The notes: a model not told the origin generated them from the letters alone. 64,000 nt of DNA from Tepidisphaera sp. (GCA_050916045.1 CP051526.1:1-64000), one strand, 5' to 3'; numbered from the stretch's first letter, positions 48,214 to 58,384 are shown. Numbers and translations are program-made.

Positions 48214-49677
48214 TCAGTCTTCGTCAAGCTGTTTCTTGCGGCGGAGGACGTGGTGGTAGTGCTGGGCGAAGCGGTGGGCTTCGTCGCGGACGGCCTGGAG
48301 CAGGCGCAGGCCGAGATTCTCGCGTCCCAGGCGGATGGGATCGCTCCGCTGCTGCACGTAGATGAGCTCTTCCTTCTTCGCGAGGCTGATGACCATCGGA
48401 GGCTGGATGTCGAGTTGGGCGAAGGCTTCGAGGCCGGCGTGGAGCTGTCCCAAGCCGCCGTCGATGAGGATGACCTCGGGATAGAGCTCGCTTCCGGTGC
48501 CGGCTTCGCGGTACCGGCGGCTGACGACCTCGCGGATTGAGCTGTAGTCGTCGTTGGTGACGCTCTTGATCTTGAAGCGGCGGTACTCGCTTTTGAGTGG
48601 TCGGCCGTCGATGAAGCAGACCTTGCTTCCGACGGTCTCGCCGCCTTGGAGGTGGGCGATGTCGATCCCTTCGATGCAGCGGATGGGCTCGGCGAGGCCG
48701 AGGGTGCGCTGGAGGCTTTCGAGGCCTTTGCGCGGGTCGATGAGGTCGATCTCGGACTCGGGCTGCCAGCCCTCATCGCGGCCGGCGCGTTCGTCGAGCT
48801 TGGCGAGGGCTTTGATCTGGTCGCGGATCGCGGCGGCGCGCTCGAAGTTCATGTCCGCGGCCATTCGGGTCATCTCTTCGGTCATCTCGCGGACCATCTC
48901 GGATCGACGGGTGCCGAGGAAGCGGGTGAAGCGTTCGACGTCCTCGCGGTAGGCTTCTCGGGAGATCTTGTCGGCACAGGGCGCGGTGCACTGATGGATC
49001 GCGTAGAGGAGGCAGGGGCGGAAGCGTTTGTTCCGTTCGTCGCCGGCGATGATGTCGAGTTTGCAGGTTCGAAATTTGAAGACGCGCTGGAGGATCTGGA
49101 TGGCTTCGCGGAGGGCGCCGGCGTTGGTGAAGGGGCCGAAGATCCGGGCGCCCTTCATCTCTTCGGCGACTCCGATGCCGCCGCCGTCGCGGTCGGCGCG
49201 TTCCTCGATGCCCTGCGGGTTGCGCGTGATGAAGACGCGGGGAAAGTCCTCGCGGCTGGTGATGACGAGGTAGGGGAAGGTCTTGTCGTCGGTGAGACGG
49301 ACGTTGAAGCGCGGGTGGATGTCCTTGATCAGCCGGTTCTCGGTGAGCAGGGCTTCCCACTCACCCTCGCAGACGAGATGGTCGAAGGTGTGAACGAACT
49401 CGAGCAGGCTCTGCTTGGCTCCGCCGAGATCCGCGGAGGGGACGAAGTAGGACGAGACGCGGTCGGGCAGGCTGAGGGCTTTGCCGACGTAAATGACCAC
49501 GCCCTTTTGGTCCTTCATGAGGTACACGCCGGGTCTTTTCGGCAGTTTCCGCGCACGGGCGAGCAGGCGGGCCATCCGCGCGTCGTGCGTCTCGGTGCCC
49601 CAGGTCGGGGGCGCATCGTCGGGCAGGATGCCGTCCTCGTCGGGCAGAATGGGGTCTGGGTCGTCGCGCTGCGGCAC
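48214..49677 (-). CDS. uvrC: Excinuclease ABC subunit C (no C-terminal HhH)
   Basis: PGVYLM...YVGKA GIY-YIG domain, Cys cluster, FERAAAIRD, DIAH, IDGGLGQ, RDEAHRFA; GTG start supported by an upstream TACGAT. Confidence 0.92.
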   Translation of the reverse strand: MPQRDDPDPILPDEDGILPDDAPPTWGTETHDARMARLLARARKLPKRPGVYLMKDQKGVVIYVGKALSLPDRVSSYFVPSADLGGAKQSLLEFVHTFDHLVCEGEWEALLTENRLIKDIHPRFNVRLTDDKTFPYLVITSREDFPRVFITRNPQGIEERADRDGGGIGVAEEMKGARIFGPFTNAGALREAIQILQRVFKFRTCKLDIIAGDERNKRFRPCLLYAIHQCTAPCADKISREAYREDVERFTRFLGTRRSEMVREMTEEMTRMAADMNFERAAAIRDQIKALAKLDERAGRDEGWQPESEIDLIDPRKGLESLQRTLGLAEPIRCIEGIDIAHLQGGETVGSKVCFIDGRPLKSEYRRFKIKSVTNDDYSSIREVVSRRYREAGTGSELYPEVILIDGGLGQLHAGLEAFAQLDIQPPMVISLAKKEELIYVQQRSDPIRLGRENLGLRLLQAVRDEAHRFAQHYHHVLRRKKQLDED

Positions 49678-49772
49678 GGGGGATCGTACGAAGGGGTGGG
49701 CTGGTCGGTGGGCATAACCCCGTGCGGACCTGTGGCGTGTCGGTCGAATCTTGAATTGTGCGCACGGGGCGG

Positions 49773-49800
49773 TCAAGGAAGGGTGGCGGCGCGTCGATAC
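49773..49800 (+). promoter_or_regulatory. Putative sigma-28 (FliA) promoter
   Basis: TCAAG-N15-GTCGATAC upstream of the PilZ gene. Confidence 0.55.
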
Positions 49801-49856
49801 ACACGGCACAGGCCGCATGGTGGCGGCCCCGGTGGTGTACCAAGGAAGGTGAGCAC

Positions 49857-50219
49857 ATGAAGATCGCAGAGCAGACCGTGCGCGATGAGGCCGCGCTCCC
49901 CGTGTGGGCTCGCAAAGCCGAGGAACGGATCCGCAAGCTGGACCGGCGGCATGACGAGCGTCAGTCGATCGTCGGCGAGGGGATCGCCGCGTTCGTCGAT
50001 GGCGAGGGCGGCGCGAAGGTGTGCAAGGTCGAGTTCGTCGATGCATCCGGCATGGGTCTTGGCATCCGCTGCGGGATCGCAATCACGCCGGGGGCTCGGT
50101 TCACGCTCCGGCCCGACTCGGGACTCTCGCAGGCGCACGCGGGCGTGGTGAGCCGGTGCTCGCGCGACGGCGAGGGATACCGCCTTGGCCTCAAGCTCTT
50201 CCTTGCGAAAGCGGCGTAG
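49857..50219 (+). CDS. PilZ-domain (c-di-GMP binding) protein
   Basis: RRHDER (RxxxR) and DASGMGL (DxSxxG) motifs, YRLGLKL terminus. Confidence 0.8.
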   Translation: MKIAEQTVRDEAALPVWARKAEERIRKLDRRHDERQSIVGEGIAAFVDGEGGAKVCKVEFVDASGMGLGIRCGIAITPGARFTLRPDSGLSQAHAGVVSRCSRDGEGYRLGLKLFLAKAA

Positions 50220-50258
50220 GCGGGCCGCCGGGACCGATCTCGCCGAGTCCGATCTTGG

Positions 50259-52907
50259 TCAGTTCTGCCGCATCTTCTTCAAAGCGTCAAGACGCTGGGT
50301 GTGGATGTCGCGGTCGGGCTCGATCACCTTGAGTGCTTCAAGCTGCCACTGGGCCGCGTCGTAATCCTTGCGGAGGATGGCGACGGTCGCGGCGGTTTCG
50401 CGCGTGCGGGCGTCGTAGGGCGCGATGCGAACGGCGCGGAGCGCCTTGGCCCACGCCCTGTCCCATTGCCTCAGCACTCCGTACCGGTTCGCGAGCTCGC
50501 TCGCGTACGCGGGCGTGTACTGCTCTCGGGCGTCGAGAAACTCCAGGTGCGAGATGACGCGCTCGGTCGCCGAGGGGTCGTCCTTTCCGCCGCCGGAGAG
50601 GAACCACGTCGTCAGAAGCTTGTGCGGGAAGGGGTCGACCGGTCGCGCGGCGGCGTACGCCTCCAGAAGCGGGACGACTTCGGCGGTGGGGGCGCCGCGA
50701 GAAGCGTCAAGCAACGACTGGATCGCGCCCATCAGCAGATCGGGGTGCTCGGGGTGTTTAGCGAGCGCAGCTTTCCACTGCTCGAGCGTCGGCTCTTCCG
50801 GCGGGTCCTCGCCAAGAGCTTCGGCCATGGCTTTCTGGGCGGAGGGCGTTCCCTCGGGGGGGAGCATGCCCCAGGAGACGAGCTGAGATTTCGCCCAGGG
50901 CAGGAACTGGTCCATGAACTCTTCGCGTGAGACTTTGAGAACCTGCTTGAACGCTTCGGGTTCCTTCACGCCGGCGGCATAGGCGTCCATGAGCTCCAGC
51001 GGAGCCCGCGGGCCGTACTTCTCGATCATGAACTCGTACATCCAGTGACCCTGGGCGTACGCCTGCGAGCGATCGGTCGGCTTCTTCGGCCGGACGAACG
51101 CGAGATTGATCTCTTCGAAGTCAAAGAGAGCGTCGGTCTTGTACGCCTGGGCGAGGACCTGAATGGCGGACCAGTCGCGGGGCGCATCTTCGAGGTAGAC
51201 GGCCGCGGCTTCGGTGAACCAGTGCGGAATTCGGTTCTTGGTTCTCGAAAGCGTGACGGTGTGGACGTATTCGTGGCGGACGACGCGTTCCCAGTCGTAA
51301 GGGCCGACAAGGTGGTTGGGCCCGGAACGCGGGGCTTCCATCGCGACGACGGGGCCGGTGGCGGCGGCGATGGTGTGGATGCGGGGCATGCCGGCGATGC
51401 GGACGGCGAACCACTCGTGGTCGGGGTAAAGCTCGATCACGGTCTTCTGCGAGACCTGGTGGTCGATGCCGCCCTTGTCCTTGCCGGCGACGCGGCGGTG
51501 GTTGGCTTCGAGAGGCTCGACCATTTCCTTGGCGAGGATGGCGTCGACGCCGGGCTTGTAGCGGATGACGAAGTGATCGGTCTCGATGGTGCCGTAGGAA
51601 GCGAGCTCGCGGACGAGCTTGAGGGAGTTCTCCGCGCGGATGTTGAAGGGGTCCAGCGCGGTGGCTTTCTCAAGAGCTTTCAGCGATTCGGCGTTGCGGC
51701 CGAACTGAAGCTCCATCAGGCCGAGCTCGATCCACGGGTCGGCCCACGCGGGGGCCCGCTTGGCGGCTTCGTTGAGGTACTTGGAAGCGTCAGCATACTG
51801 ACGGGCGTCGGACAGGGTTCGGCCCACGAGCGCGACGGCTTCGGGTGAATTCGGGAAGCGAGCGTCAAACGCGGCGAGGAGGGTGTCGACGGCTTGGAAG
51901 TCAAACCCGGCCGCGGCGGTCGCCGCTTGAATCGCAAGCAGGTCGGGCGCGGCGGGAAGCTTGGCGAGCACGGGCTCCAGAACTTCGGTCGCGCCGCGCG
52001 GGTCTGACTGTCGCACGCGTGCGCGCGCGGAGATGATGGCGGCGTGCGGAGAATCGGAACTGATCTCTCGCAGCGCTTCGGCGATCTTCTCCGCCTGATC
52101 GAAAGCAAAGGAGTCGACGGCGAGCGAGCCGAGCGCGAAGAAGGCTTCGGCGGAGCGCGGGCAGAGGCGTAGAGCTTCGCGAGCCGCGGCTTCACCTTCG
52201 CTGGGGTTGTCCTTGTCGACCAGGAGCTGAGCTTCGGCGAGGGAAGCGGTCCAGCACAAGCGGTCGATCTCGGTCCGAGCTTTGCCAAGGAGCGAGAGCA
52301 TGAGCTTGTAGTCGCTGGCGGCCGCTCCGGCTTTGGTGATCTCGACGGGGAGGCGTGAGCGGCCCATCATGGAGCGGACGCACTCGACGAGCTCTTCCGC
52401 GCGGCCGGGCTGTTCGCCGGAAGCGAGCTGCGGCGCGAACGCGGCGGCGGAACGCCACACCGCGTCGGCTTCCTCGAGTTTGCCAAGCCAGACCAGAGCC
52501 TGGCCGCGCAGGCGAGCGGCCCGCATCGGCCGATCGCCGCGGTCGCGAGCGCCGTCGAGGATGGTGATCGCCGCCGCCGGCTCACCCCGAAGCATCGCGG
52601 CTTCCGCGCGATCGAGCGGGTCGGCTTGTTCATCGGCAAGGGCGGGATTGGTCCAGTCACCCGTCAGGAGCGCCGCACGGGCCTTGCGAGCAGGCGTATC
52701 GAGGTCGGCGTCTTCCCAGACGCCGTGACGGATCCGGATGTCCTTGCGTTCTTCGTCGGTCAGCGATCTGCTCTCAAGCAGCCGAGCGACCGCCGGGGGC
52801 ACCTCGGGCTGGGCCATCGCGGCCGGAGCCGCGCAGAGGCTCCCCGCGACCATAAGCAGGAGCGTGCCGAGGGAGAGGTGTCGGCGGGTTTTGAGCTTTC
52901 TGAGCAT
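50259..52907 (-). CDS. Secreted TPR-repeat protein with gluzincin (peptidase MA-like) domain
   Basis: Signal peptide, TPR-like helices, VRHEYVH, IPHWFTEAAAVY, AYAQG. Confidence 0.85.
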   Translation of the reverse strand: MLRKLKTRRHLSLGTLLLMVAGSLCAAPAAMAQPEVPPAVARLLESRSLTDEERKDIRIRHGVWEDADLDTPARKARAALLTGDWTNPALADEQADPLDRAEAAMLRGEPAAAITILDGARDRGDRPMRAARLRGQALVWLGKLEEADAVWRSAAAFAPQLASGEQPGRAEELVECVRSMMGRSRLPVEITKAGAAASDYKLMLSLLGKARTEIDRLCWTASLAEAQLLVDKDNPSEGEAAAREALRLCPRSAEAFFALGSLAVDSFAFDQAEKIAEALREISSDSPHAAIISARARVRQSDPRGATEVLEPVLAKLPAAPDLLAIQAATAAAGFDFQAVDTLLAAFDARFPNSPEAVALVGRTLSDARQYADASKYLNEAAKRAPAWADPWIELGLMELQFGRNAESLKALEKATALDPFNIRAENSLKLVRELASYGTIETDHFVIRYKPGVDAILAKEMVEPLEANHRRVAGKDKGGIDHQVSQKTVIELYPDHEWFAVRIAGMPRIHTIAAATGPVVAMEAPRSGPNHLVGPYDWERVVRHEYVHTVTLSRTKNRIPHWFTEAAAVYLEDAPRDWSAIQVLAQAYKTDALFDFEEINLAFVRPKKPTDRSQAYAQGHWMYEFMIEKYGPRAPLELMDAYAAGVKEPEAFKQVLKVSREEFMDQFLPWAKSQLVSWGMLPPEGTPSAQKAMAEALGEDPPEEPTLEQWKAALAKHPEHPDLLMGAIQSLLDASRGAPTAEVVPLLEAYAAARPVDPFPHKLLTTWFLSGGGKDDPSATERVISHLEFLDAREQYTPAYASELANRYGVLRQWDRAWAKALRAVRIAPYDARTRETAATVAILRKDYDAAQWQLEALKVIEPDRDIHTQRLDALKKMRQN

Positions 52908-52919
52908 GGTGTTCGCGGC

Positions 52920-53924
52920 CTACTTCGGGGCGTCCTTCTTTTCATCGGTCGCCGGAGCTTGCGGAGTGTTGCTCGGCTTGCCGGAATCGGCTTCGGCGGG
53001 CTTGGCTTCCGCCGGCTTTTCGGCCGGCGCGGTCGGCAAGCGGACCTCGGTGACCTCCCAGCCCTCGGGGGCTTTGGTGTCCATGATGGTGGGGTCGATC
53101 TTGCCGTCGGTGCCAGCTTCCGTGTTCACGCGGATGTCCAGAAGCTGAACAATCGACACGTCCTTGTTCACGCTGACCGTCCGGGCCGCGCGGGGGAGGA
53201 GGCGAGCCGAAGGCTTGTCGTCGGATCCCATTTTCTCAGGGCGTTTGCCCCGGTACCAAAGCCGGATCTCCTCGAACGCATCGCCGCCCGGAGCCGCGCC
53301 GGCTTTGGGAGTCAGGCGAATCTGGGTCGAGCCGGCGAGGAACGCTTTGAGAGCCGCGTCATCCGCGCCCAGGCCGTCTTCGACCGGGACGAGCTGGGCG
53401 TTGTACCGCGAGAGGATGTCGTCCTTTTTCTGGCCGATCGGGATGGGCATGGGCCCCTCGCCGAGCTTCATCGGGTCAAGGCTCTGGCCCGGGCCGACGA
53501 CCTCCTTGCGGTTGATCTTCTTCTCGGCAGGCATCTTGTCGGCGTACCACGCGCCGTCAAACACATGGAAGCGCTGCTCGGTCCGCTGCGCGGTTCCCAC
53601 GATGAACTGTTCGAAACAGACCGCGAATCGGCGCACGGTCCGTTCCCCGATCTTCGCCCGGTCGAAATACAGCTTACCCATCCGCACCTGCCGCTCACCC
53701 TCGAGATCGAGGGTCCGGTCGTAGCGGATCTCGGCTTGGAACTGGTCGAGCCCCTCGTCGGCTTTTTCGAGGGCCGCGAGGAGGTCGGCGGCGTCCTGGA
53801 AGTCGGTCGAGGGCGGCGCCGCAGGCACCTGCGCTGCCGGAGCGGGGCCCCCGGCTGGGGTGGAGGGCTGAGAAGCGGGCTGGGCCAGAGCGGCGAGGGC
53901 GAGGAGGAGTGTTTGGTGGATCAT
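52920..53924 (-). CDS. Secreted LolA-like protein (planctomycete type)
   Basis: AAGGA RBS, signal peptide, FQAEIRY...GKLYF, VFDG, GPMPIPIGQKK. Confidence 0.6.
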   Translation of the reverse strand: MIHQTLLLALAALAQPASQPSTPAGGPAPAAQVPAAPPSTDFQDAADLLAALEKADEGLDQFQAEIRYDRTLDLEGERQVRMGKLYFDRAKIGERTVRRFAVCFEQFIVGTAQRTEQRFHVFDGAWYADKMPAEKKINRKEVVGPGQSLDPMKLGEGPMPIPIGQKKDDILSRYNAQLVPVEDGLGADDAALKAFLAGSTQIRLTPKAGAAPGGDAFEEIRLWYRGKRPEKMGSDDKPSARLLPRAARTVSVNKDVSIVQLLDIRVNTEAGTDGKIDPTIMDTKAPEGWEVTEVRLPTAPAEKPAEAKPAEADSGKPSNTPQAPATDEKKDAPK

Positions 53925-54150
53925 GGCGTCCTTCGAGCGTGCGTGCTTCGTATTCAGACGGTCAGGGGGTCGAAAGGTTCGCGCCGGAAGGGCGAGGCGT
54001 GGCGGGCGCTCGGGAATCGTGCGGCGTGCGTTGGCCTGACGGTCGAGTGCGAGTCGAGTGGGGGCCCGGTGGGGGGCTAGATGGCGTGGGTGGTCGGATT
54101 GAGGGAACGGTGGGGGGTGTGTCCGGGTACGATAGTCGCGGAGGCACTTG

Positions 54151-54519
54151 ATGCGTTCTGGAACTCGAATTCTCGCGCGGCTGACGGCTCTTGGAATGCT
54201 GGCGGCTTCGGCGCTGCTGACGCTCACGATCTGGGACCAGACGGGCCGGCTTCCCGACACCCGCGCTCCTTCCGAAGCCCTCGCCAAGATGGCGGAGGAG
54301 ACGGCTGAGGATCCTTTCGCGGGCCTCGGCATGGACGATGCGGCCGGCAAGCCGAAAGAGGTGCAGAACCATTTCCGGCTGGGGCTGATTCCCGGGATGA
54401 GTTCGTGGAAGGACTCGGCGGCGGTCTCGACGCTGATGCTCCCGCCCCTTGTGATGACGGTTCTGGTCTTTGTCGCCACGCGCAAGCCGCGGGCGTGCTG
54501 CATGAAGGAAAAGGCATGA
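54151..54519 (+). CDS. Small hypothetical membrane protein
   Basis: GGAGG RBS, two hydrophobic segments, stop overlaps the next ATG (ATGA). Confidence 0.6.
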   Translation: MRSGTRILARLTALGMLAASALLTLTIWDQTGRLPDTRAPSEALAKMAEETAEDPFAGLGMDDAAGKPKEVQNHFRLGLIPGMSSWKDSAAVSTLMLPPLVMTVLVFVATRKPRACCMKEKA

Positions 54520-55361
54520 TTTTGAAGACGACGGCGGTGATGGCGGCGCTCCTGATCGCGGCGGCGGGGATCGCTCAGCCCGCAGACAAGCCCGCAGAGA
54601 CCAAGCCCGCGGAAACCAAGCCCGACACGAAGCAGCCTGAGAAGCAGGCGGAAGCGCCGAAAGCCCCCGTGCGGGCCGCCAGCGGCAAGTCCCTCGTCAT
54701 CCCCGAGGATCAGAAAAAGCTCGGCACGGTCTACCAAACGATCACCCTCGGCAGCCAGAAGCAGGTGACCTTCACCTCCAAGACCCACAACGCGACCTTC
54801 GACGGGTACAGCGCCAGTGTCCTCGGCTACGCCGTCGCCGGACCGGCCGACAACCCCGCGGACCTCAAGGCCGGAGCTTGGGTCCTGCCCGTCAAGAGCC
54901 TCGAAACCGGCAACAAGACCAAGAACCGCAACATCGCCAAAGCCGAGTGGCTCGACGCGGGGAAGTCCCCCGACATCATCTTCACGCTCAAGTCCGTGAA
55001 GGACATCACGCCGCACAAAGCGGGCGCGGGCACGGCGGTGTCGTTCAAGGTCACGCTTGTGGGCGACATGACGATGCGTGGCGTCACGAAGGAAGTATCG
55101 ATCAAGGACGTCGTGCTCGGTTTCGTCAAAGAGACCGAGAAATCCGCCAAGATCGCCAAGGGCGACCTTCTCGCGATCCGCTGCAAGTACACCGTCAAAC
55201 TGACGGATTTCGGCGTGACCAACGACTACGTCGTCAAGGACAAGTCCGTCGCGGATGAGATCGAGATCGACCAGTCGCTCACGCTCGCGACGGCGGCTCC
55301 CGAGGAACAGCCGGCTTCGGCGGCCAAGCCCGAGGAAAAGCCGGCGGAGAAGCCGGAGTAA
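54516..55361 (+). CDS. YceI-like secreted protein
   Basis: Signal peptide, VKSLETGN..KN, WLDA..SPDIIF, GDMTMRGVTKEV, LTDFGV, VADEIEI. Confidence 0.85.
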   Translation: MILKTTAVMAALLIAAAGIAQPADKPAETKPAETKPDTKQPEKQAEAPKAPVRAASGKSLVIPEDQKKLGTVYQTITLGSQKQVTFTSKTHNATFDGYSASVLGYAVAGPADNPADLKAGAWVLPVKSLETGNKTKNRNIAKAEWLDAGKSPDIIFTLKSVKDITPHKAGAGTAVSFKVTLVGDMTMRGVTKEVSIKDVVLGFVKETEKSAKIAKGDLLAIRCKYTVKLTDFGVTNDYVVKDKSVADEIEIDQSLTLATAAPEEQPASAAKPEEKPAEKPE

Positions 55362-55385
55362 GTCTCCAAGACCGCGCGAGTCGCT

Positions 55386-55940
55386 TCAGTCGATCGGCTC
55401 ACCCGCGACCTGCCATTCGAGTTCGTCCAGGTCGGCGTCGACCGGACGACCGAGGCGTCGGAGCATGTTCATGCACTGCGCGCGGTGGTGCATCCCGTGG
55501 TTGGTGATGTGGATGATCGAAGCCGCGACATTGAACCGGTAGGTGTTCCCGCCGAAGGTCCAGTCGCGCACCTCGGCCATGAGCGGCCGGACCGAGCGGA
55601 CCACCGCCGCGAAGTCTTCGCACGCTTGGGTATTGAGCGCCAGCAGCTCGCGGGGTGTGCGCCGGGTCATCGGGGTTGAGGTGTCGCCGTGCGTGCGTCC
55701 CTCGATCGACGGGCGGAGCGGCCGTTGGCCGATGCGGTCGGCCCAGCGAAAGATCGCGCCGATCACGTGGGACATGGTGTCGTGGAGCGAGCCCGGGCCG
55801 ATGTCGAATCGCTGGTGGAACTCGGATTCGGGCAGAGGCTCGCACGCCCGCAGGACCTCGCCGTTGGCCCACCGGTTGTGTCCGAGAAGCAGATCGATGG
55901 CGTCGGATGTTAGTGGCTTGGATGGATTTGCGGTGCTCAT
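55386..55940 (-). CDS. DinB family protein
   Basis: HNRWAN, GSLHDTMSHV, HITNHGMHHRAQ. Confidence 0.92.
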   Translation of the reverse strand: MSTANPSKPLTSDAIDLLLGHNRWANGEVLRACEPLPESEFHQRFDIGPGSLHDTMSHVIGAIFRWADRIGQRPLRPSIEGRTHGDTSTPMTRRTPRELLALNTQACEDFAAVVRSVRPLMAEVRDWTFGGNTYRFNVAASIIHITNHGMHHRAQCMNMLRRLGRPVDADLDELEWQVAGEPID

Positions 55941-56015
55941 CCGGGGCTCCTCTAGCGATGGTAGCGGTGGGCGTGGGCTGGCTGGGAACGTGGAGGGTGC
56001 GAGTTAGCCTCCTCT

Positions 56016-56031
56016 AGGCGCAATCTTTGCG
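56016..56031 (+). promoter_or_regulatory. Putative sigma-54 promoter
   Basis: AGGCGCAATCTTTGCG = GG-N10-GC upstream of the PEP-CTERM gene. Confidence 0.55.
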
Positions 56032-56127
56032 CAAGGATCACGGATTCTGGATGATTTATCAATACTGTGATTTCCCTTCGCGGGAGCGTGCCCGCGGGAT
56101 GGATCTGTATTGAGTAGGAGAGAGAGC

Positions 56128-56781
56128 ATGGTTCCGACGAATTCCTTGCGTTGCTTGGCGGTGGCCGGCGTGGCGGTTCTGGGTCAGGCCGCGACGGCCG
56201 ACATCATCATCTCGGAGGTTCACTCCACCGGGAGCAGCAACGGCACGTACAACGCCGACTTCTTCGAAGTGACGAACACCGGGGCTTCCGCCGTGGACAT
56301 CACGGGCTGGAAGGTGGATGACAGCTCGAACTCGTTCGCGGCTTCGCTGGCGCTGCGTGGCGTCACGTCGATCGGCGCGGGCGAGTCGGTGATTTTCATT
56401 GAGACGCGTGCGGACGGCTCGACCGACGCGGCAGTGATCAATGCGTTCAAGAGCGCGTGGTTCGGCCTGTCCGTTCCTTCGACCCTCGTGGTCGGCACGT
56501 ACGGCGGTTCGGGCATCGGTCTGGGCTCCGGCGGCGATGCGGTCAACCTGTTCAGCGGCGCTGGCGTTCGGGTGACGGGCGTGACGTTCGGAGCCGCGAC
56601 CGCCGGTGTCACGTTCGACAACCGCGCGGGCCTGGCCACCGTCACGCAGCTCAGCGCTGCGGGCGTCAACGGCGCGTTCCTGTCGGCGACGGGCGAGGTC
56701 GGCTCGCCCGGCGTGGTTCCCGCTCCGGGAGCAGCCGCGCTGCTCGGGCTTGCGGCTCTGGGCCTCCGTCGTCGCCGCTGA
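56128..56781 (+). CDS. Lamin-tail-domain PEP-CTERM protein
   Basis: IIISEV...DFFEVTNTG...VDITGW, LGSGGDAV; C-terminal VPAPG-TM-RRRR. Confidence 0.88.
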   Translation: MVPTNSLRCLAVAGVAVLGQAATADIIISEVHSTGSSNGTYNADFFEVTNTGASAVDITGWKVDDSSNSFAASLALRGVTSIGAGESVIFIETRADGSTDAAVINAFKSAWFGLSVPSTLVVGTYGGSGIGLGSGGDAVNLFSGAGVRVTGVTFGAATAGVTFDNRAGLATVTQLSAAGVNGAFLSATGEVGSPGVVPAPGAAALLGLAALGLRRRR

Positions 56782-56807
56782 GGCACATCGGATTGAGTAC
56801 ACCCCAT

Positions 56808-56853
56808 CAAGCGGGCCGGCTTTCGGGGAGAGAGCCGGCTCGCTTGTCTTTTT
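56808..56853 (+). terminator. Intrinsic terminator
   Basis: CAAGCGGGCCGGCTTTC...GAGAGCCGGCTCGCTTG followed by TCTTTTT. Confidence 0.75.
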
Positions 56854-57813
56854 CTAATGCTTGGGTCGGAAGAGATCCGAGCACGCCGCGTCCAGCGTCG
56901 CGAATGAGAAGTCAAAACCCTCGTCCAGAAGCCGGCGCGGGGTCAGAAACCGTCCGTACAGCGCAAGCTCAGGGTCGGTGCGAAGCACGAGAGGCGCTCC
57001 CAGACGCACCATCCACGCCAGCGCCGGGAGGCCAACGCCGAGCCCGCCCAGTCCGCCGGCATATCGGCGAAGCGTCTTCATGAACAGCTTCTGCGCCACC
57101 GGGGTCGGTGAGGATGCGATGTACGCCCCCTGCATCGATGGATCGACAAGCCCACGCTCGAAGAGCCGGTTCATGTCCTGCTCATGGATCCACGACATCC
57201 CTTGCCGACCGTGACCGACTGTCCCGCCCAAGCCCAATCGGGCCAGCATGCCAAGCGTGCCCAGCGCTCCCGAGCCGCCGGAGTTCGCACGGCCGATCAC
57301 AAAGCTCGTCCGAAGCATGACGCTTCGCTGCGTCGGCAGGATGGACTCCGCGAACGCCTGCTCCCACGCTTTGCCCACGATGGGCGCAAGGCCGTACCCG
57401 AACGCGGAACTCTCATCGCAGTGCACCTCGGGTGGATCACCATAGATGTGAGCGGTCGACATCTGCACCCACACCGGCGGCGGCGAAGCCACGCGGCGGC
57501 ATGCCTGCCCGAGCACACGGGTCGATTCGACGCGTGAGCGGAGAATCTCATCGCAGTGGTCGGGCGTCTTGACGCAGTCGACGGTGCGACCCGCGAGATT
57601 CACCAACCCGGCAGCCCCATCCAGACACGAAATCCAGTCGCCGAGCGATCGCGCATCCCACCGAACATGGTCGTACGCGGCTTTGGGCGTGCCGCGCGAG
57701 AGAATGACCACCTTCGCGCCCGCTGCGGTCAGGTGAGCCGCGAGCGATATCCCGAGAAATCCGGAGCCACCGGCGATCACGACGCGGCCGGAAAGAGCGG
57801 GAAGCGTGGGCAT
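56854..57813 (-). CDS. NAD-dependent epimerase family protein (YfcH/DUF1731-like)
   Basis: [37 protein letters not shown]. Confidence 0.9.
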   Translation of the reverse strand: MPTLPALSGRVVIAGGSGFLGISLAAHLTAAGAKVVILSRGTPKAAYDHVRWDARSLGDWISCLDGAAGLVNLAGRTVDCVKTPDHCDEILRSRVESTRVLGQACRRVASPPPVWVQMSTAHIYGDPPEVHCDESSAFGYGLAPIVGKAWEQAFAESILPTQRSVMLRTSFVIGRANSGGSGALGTLGMLARLGLGGTVGHGRQGMSWIHEQDMNRLFERGLVDPSMQGAYIASSPTPVAQKLFMKTLRRYAGGLGGLGVGLPALAWMVRLGAPLVLRTDPELALYGRFLTPRRLLDEGFDFSFATLDAACSDLFRPKH

Positions 57814-57829
57814 GACGGAGTCTAGCGAC

Positions 57830-58384
57830 TCAATTCACAGGCCAGTTCTCGCTCCGGCACGCTTTGGGCACAGGAAAGAGCGGCATGACGGCGTAGAGCG
57901 TGCGGATGAGGAACGAAGGCTTGCCCGTCTCCAGCACCGCCTTGAGCGTGCCCGTGATGATCTTGGCTCCGCCGACCATCTGCTTCTGGGTCTTGGAACC
58001 AGCGACGCACCTGGAAATCGTGAGCGTGAACTCGGTCCCCCCCGAGACTTCCGCCAGGTCGTACGCCACCACGCACGGCGGGTCGTTCTTGTCCGTGAAC
58101 CGGAACGTGTGCACGAAGCGTTTGAGCGGCACGATCTCGAGAATCTCGCCAACCACGCCCGTGTGCTTGCCATCGGGCGTCCGCATCGCCATCTTCGTTC
58201 CCGGAGCAAGCCCGCCCGGCCCAAGGTGCATCCGGTTGTTGAAGAAGCAGGCGATGGGAACGTCGGTGCGCGTGATCTCGGCCCAGACCGCTCGCGGGGG
58301 CGCCTTGATCACGACCTTGAACATCTGGTCGGGCGCGATGTTGGCGGGAGCGGATGCGGGTTGAACGGGCGTGCTGCTAGGCAT
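57830..58384 (-). CDS. SRPBCC/AHSA1 domain protein
   Basis: [31 protein letters not shown]. Confidence 0.85.
   Translation of the reverse strand: MPSSTPVQPASAPANIAPDQMFKVVIKAPPRAVWAEITRTDVPIACFFNNRMHLGPGGLAPGTKMAMRTPDGKHTGVVGEILEIVPLKRFVHTFRFTDKNDPPCVVAYDLAEVSGGTEFTLTISRCVAGSKTQKQMVGGAKIITGTLKAVLETGKPSFLIRTLYAVMPLFPVPKACRSENWPVN

Noticed and set aside
53925..55016. Long N-terminal extension of the 698-aa minus ORF
   Set aside because: Overlaps the plus-strand YceI-like operon; the signal peptide and RBS are at 53924
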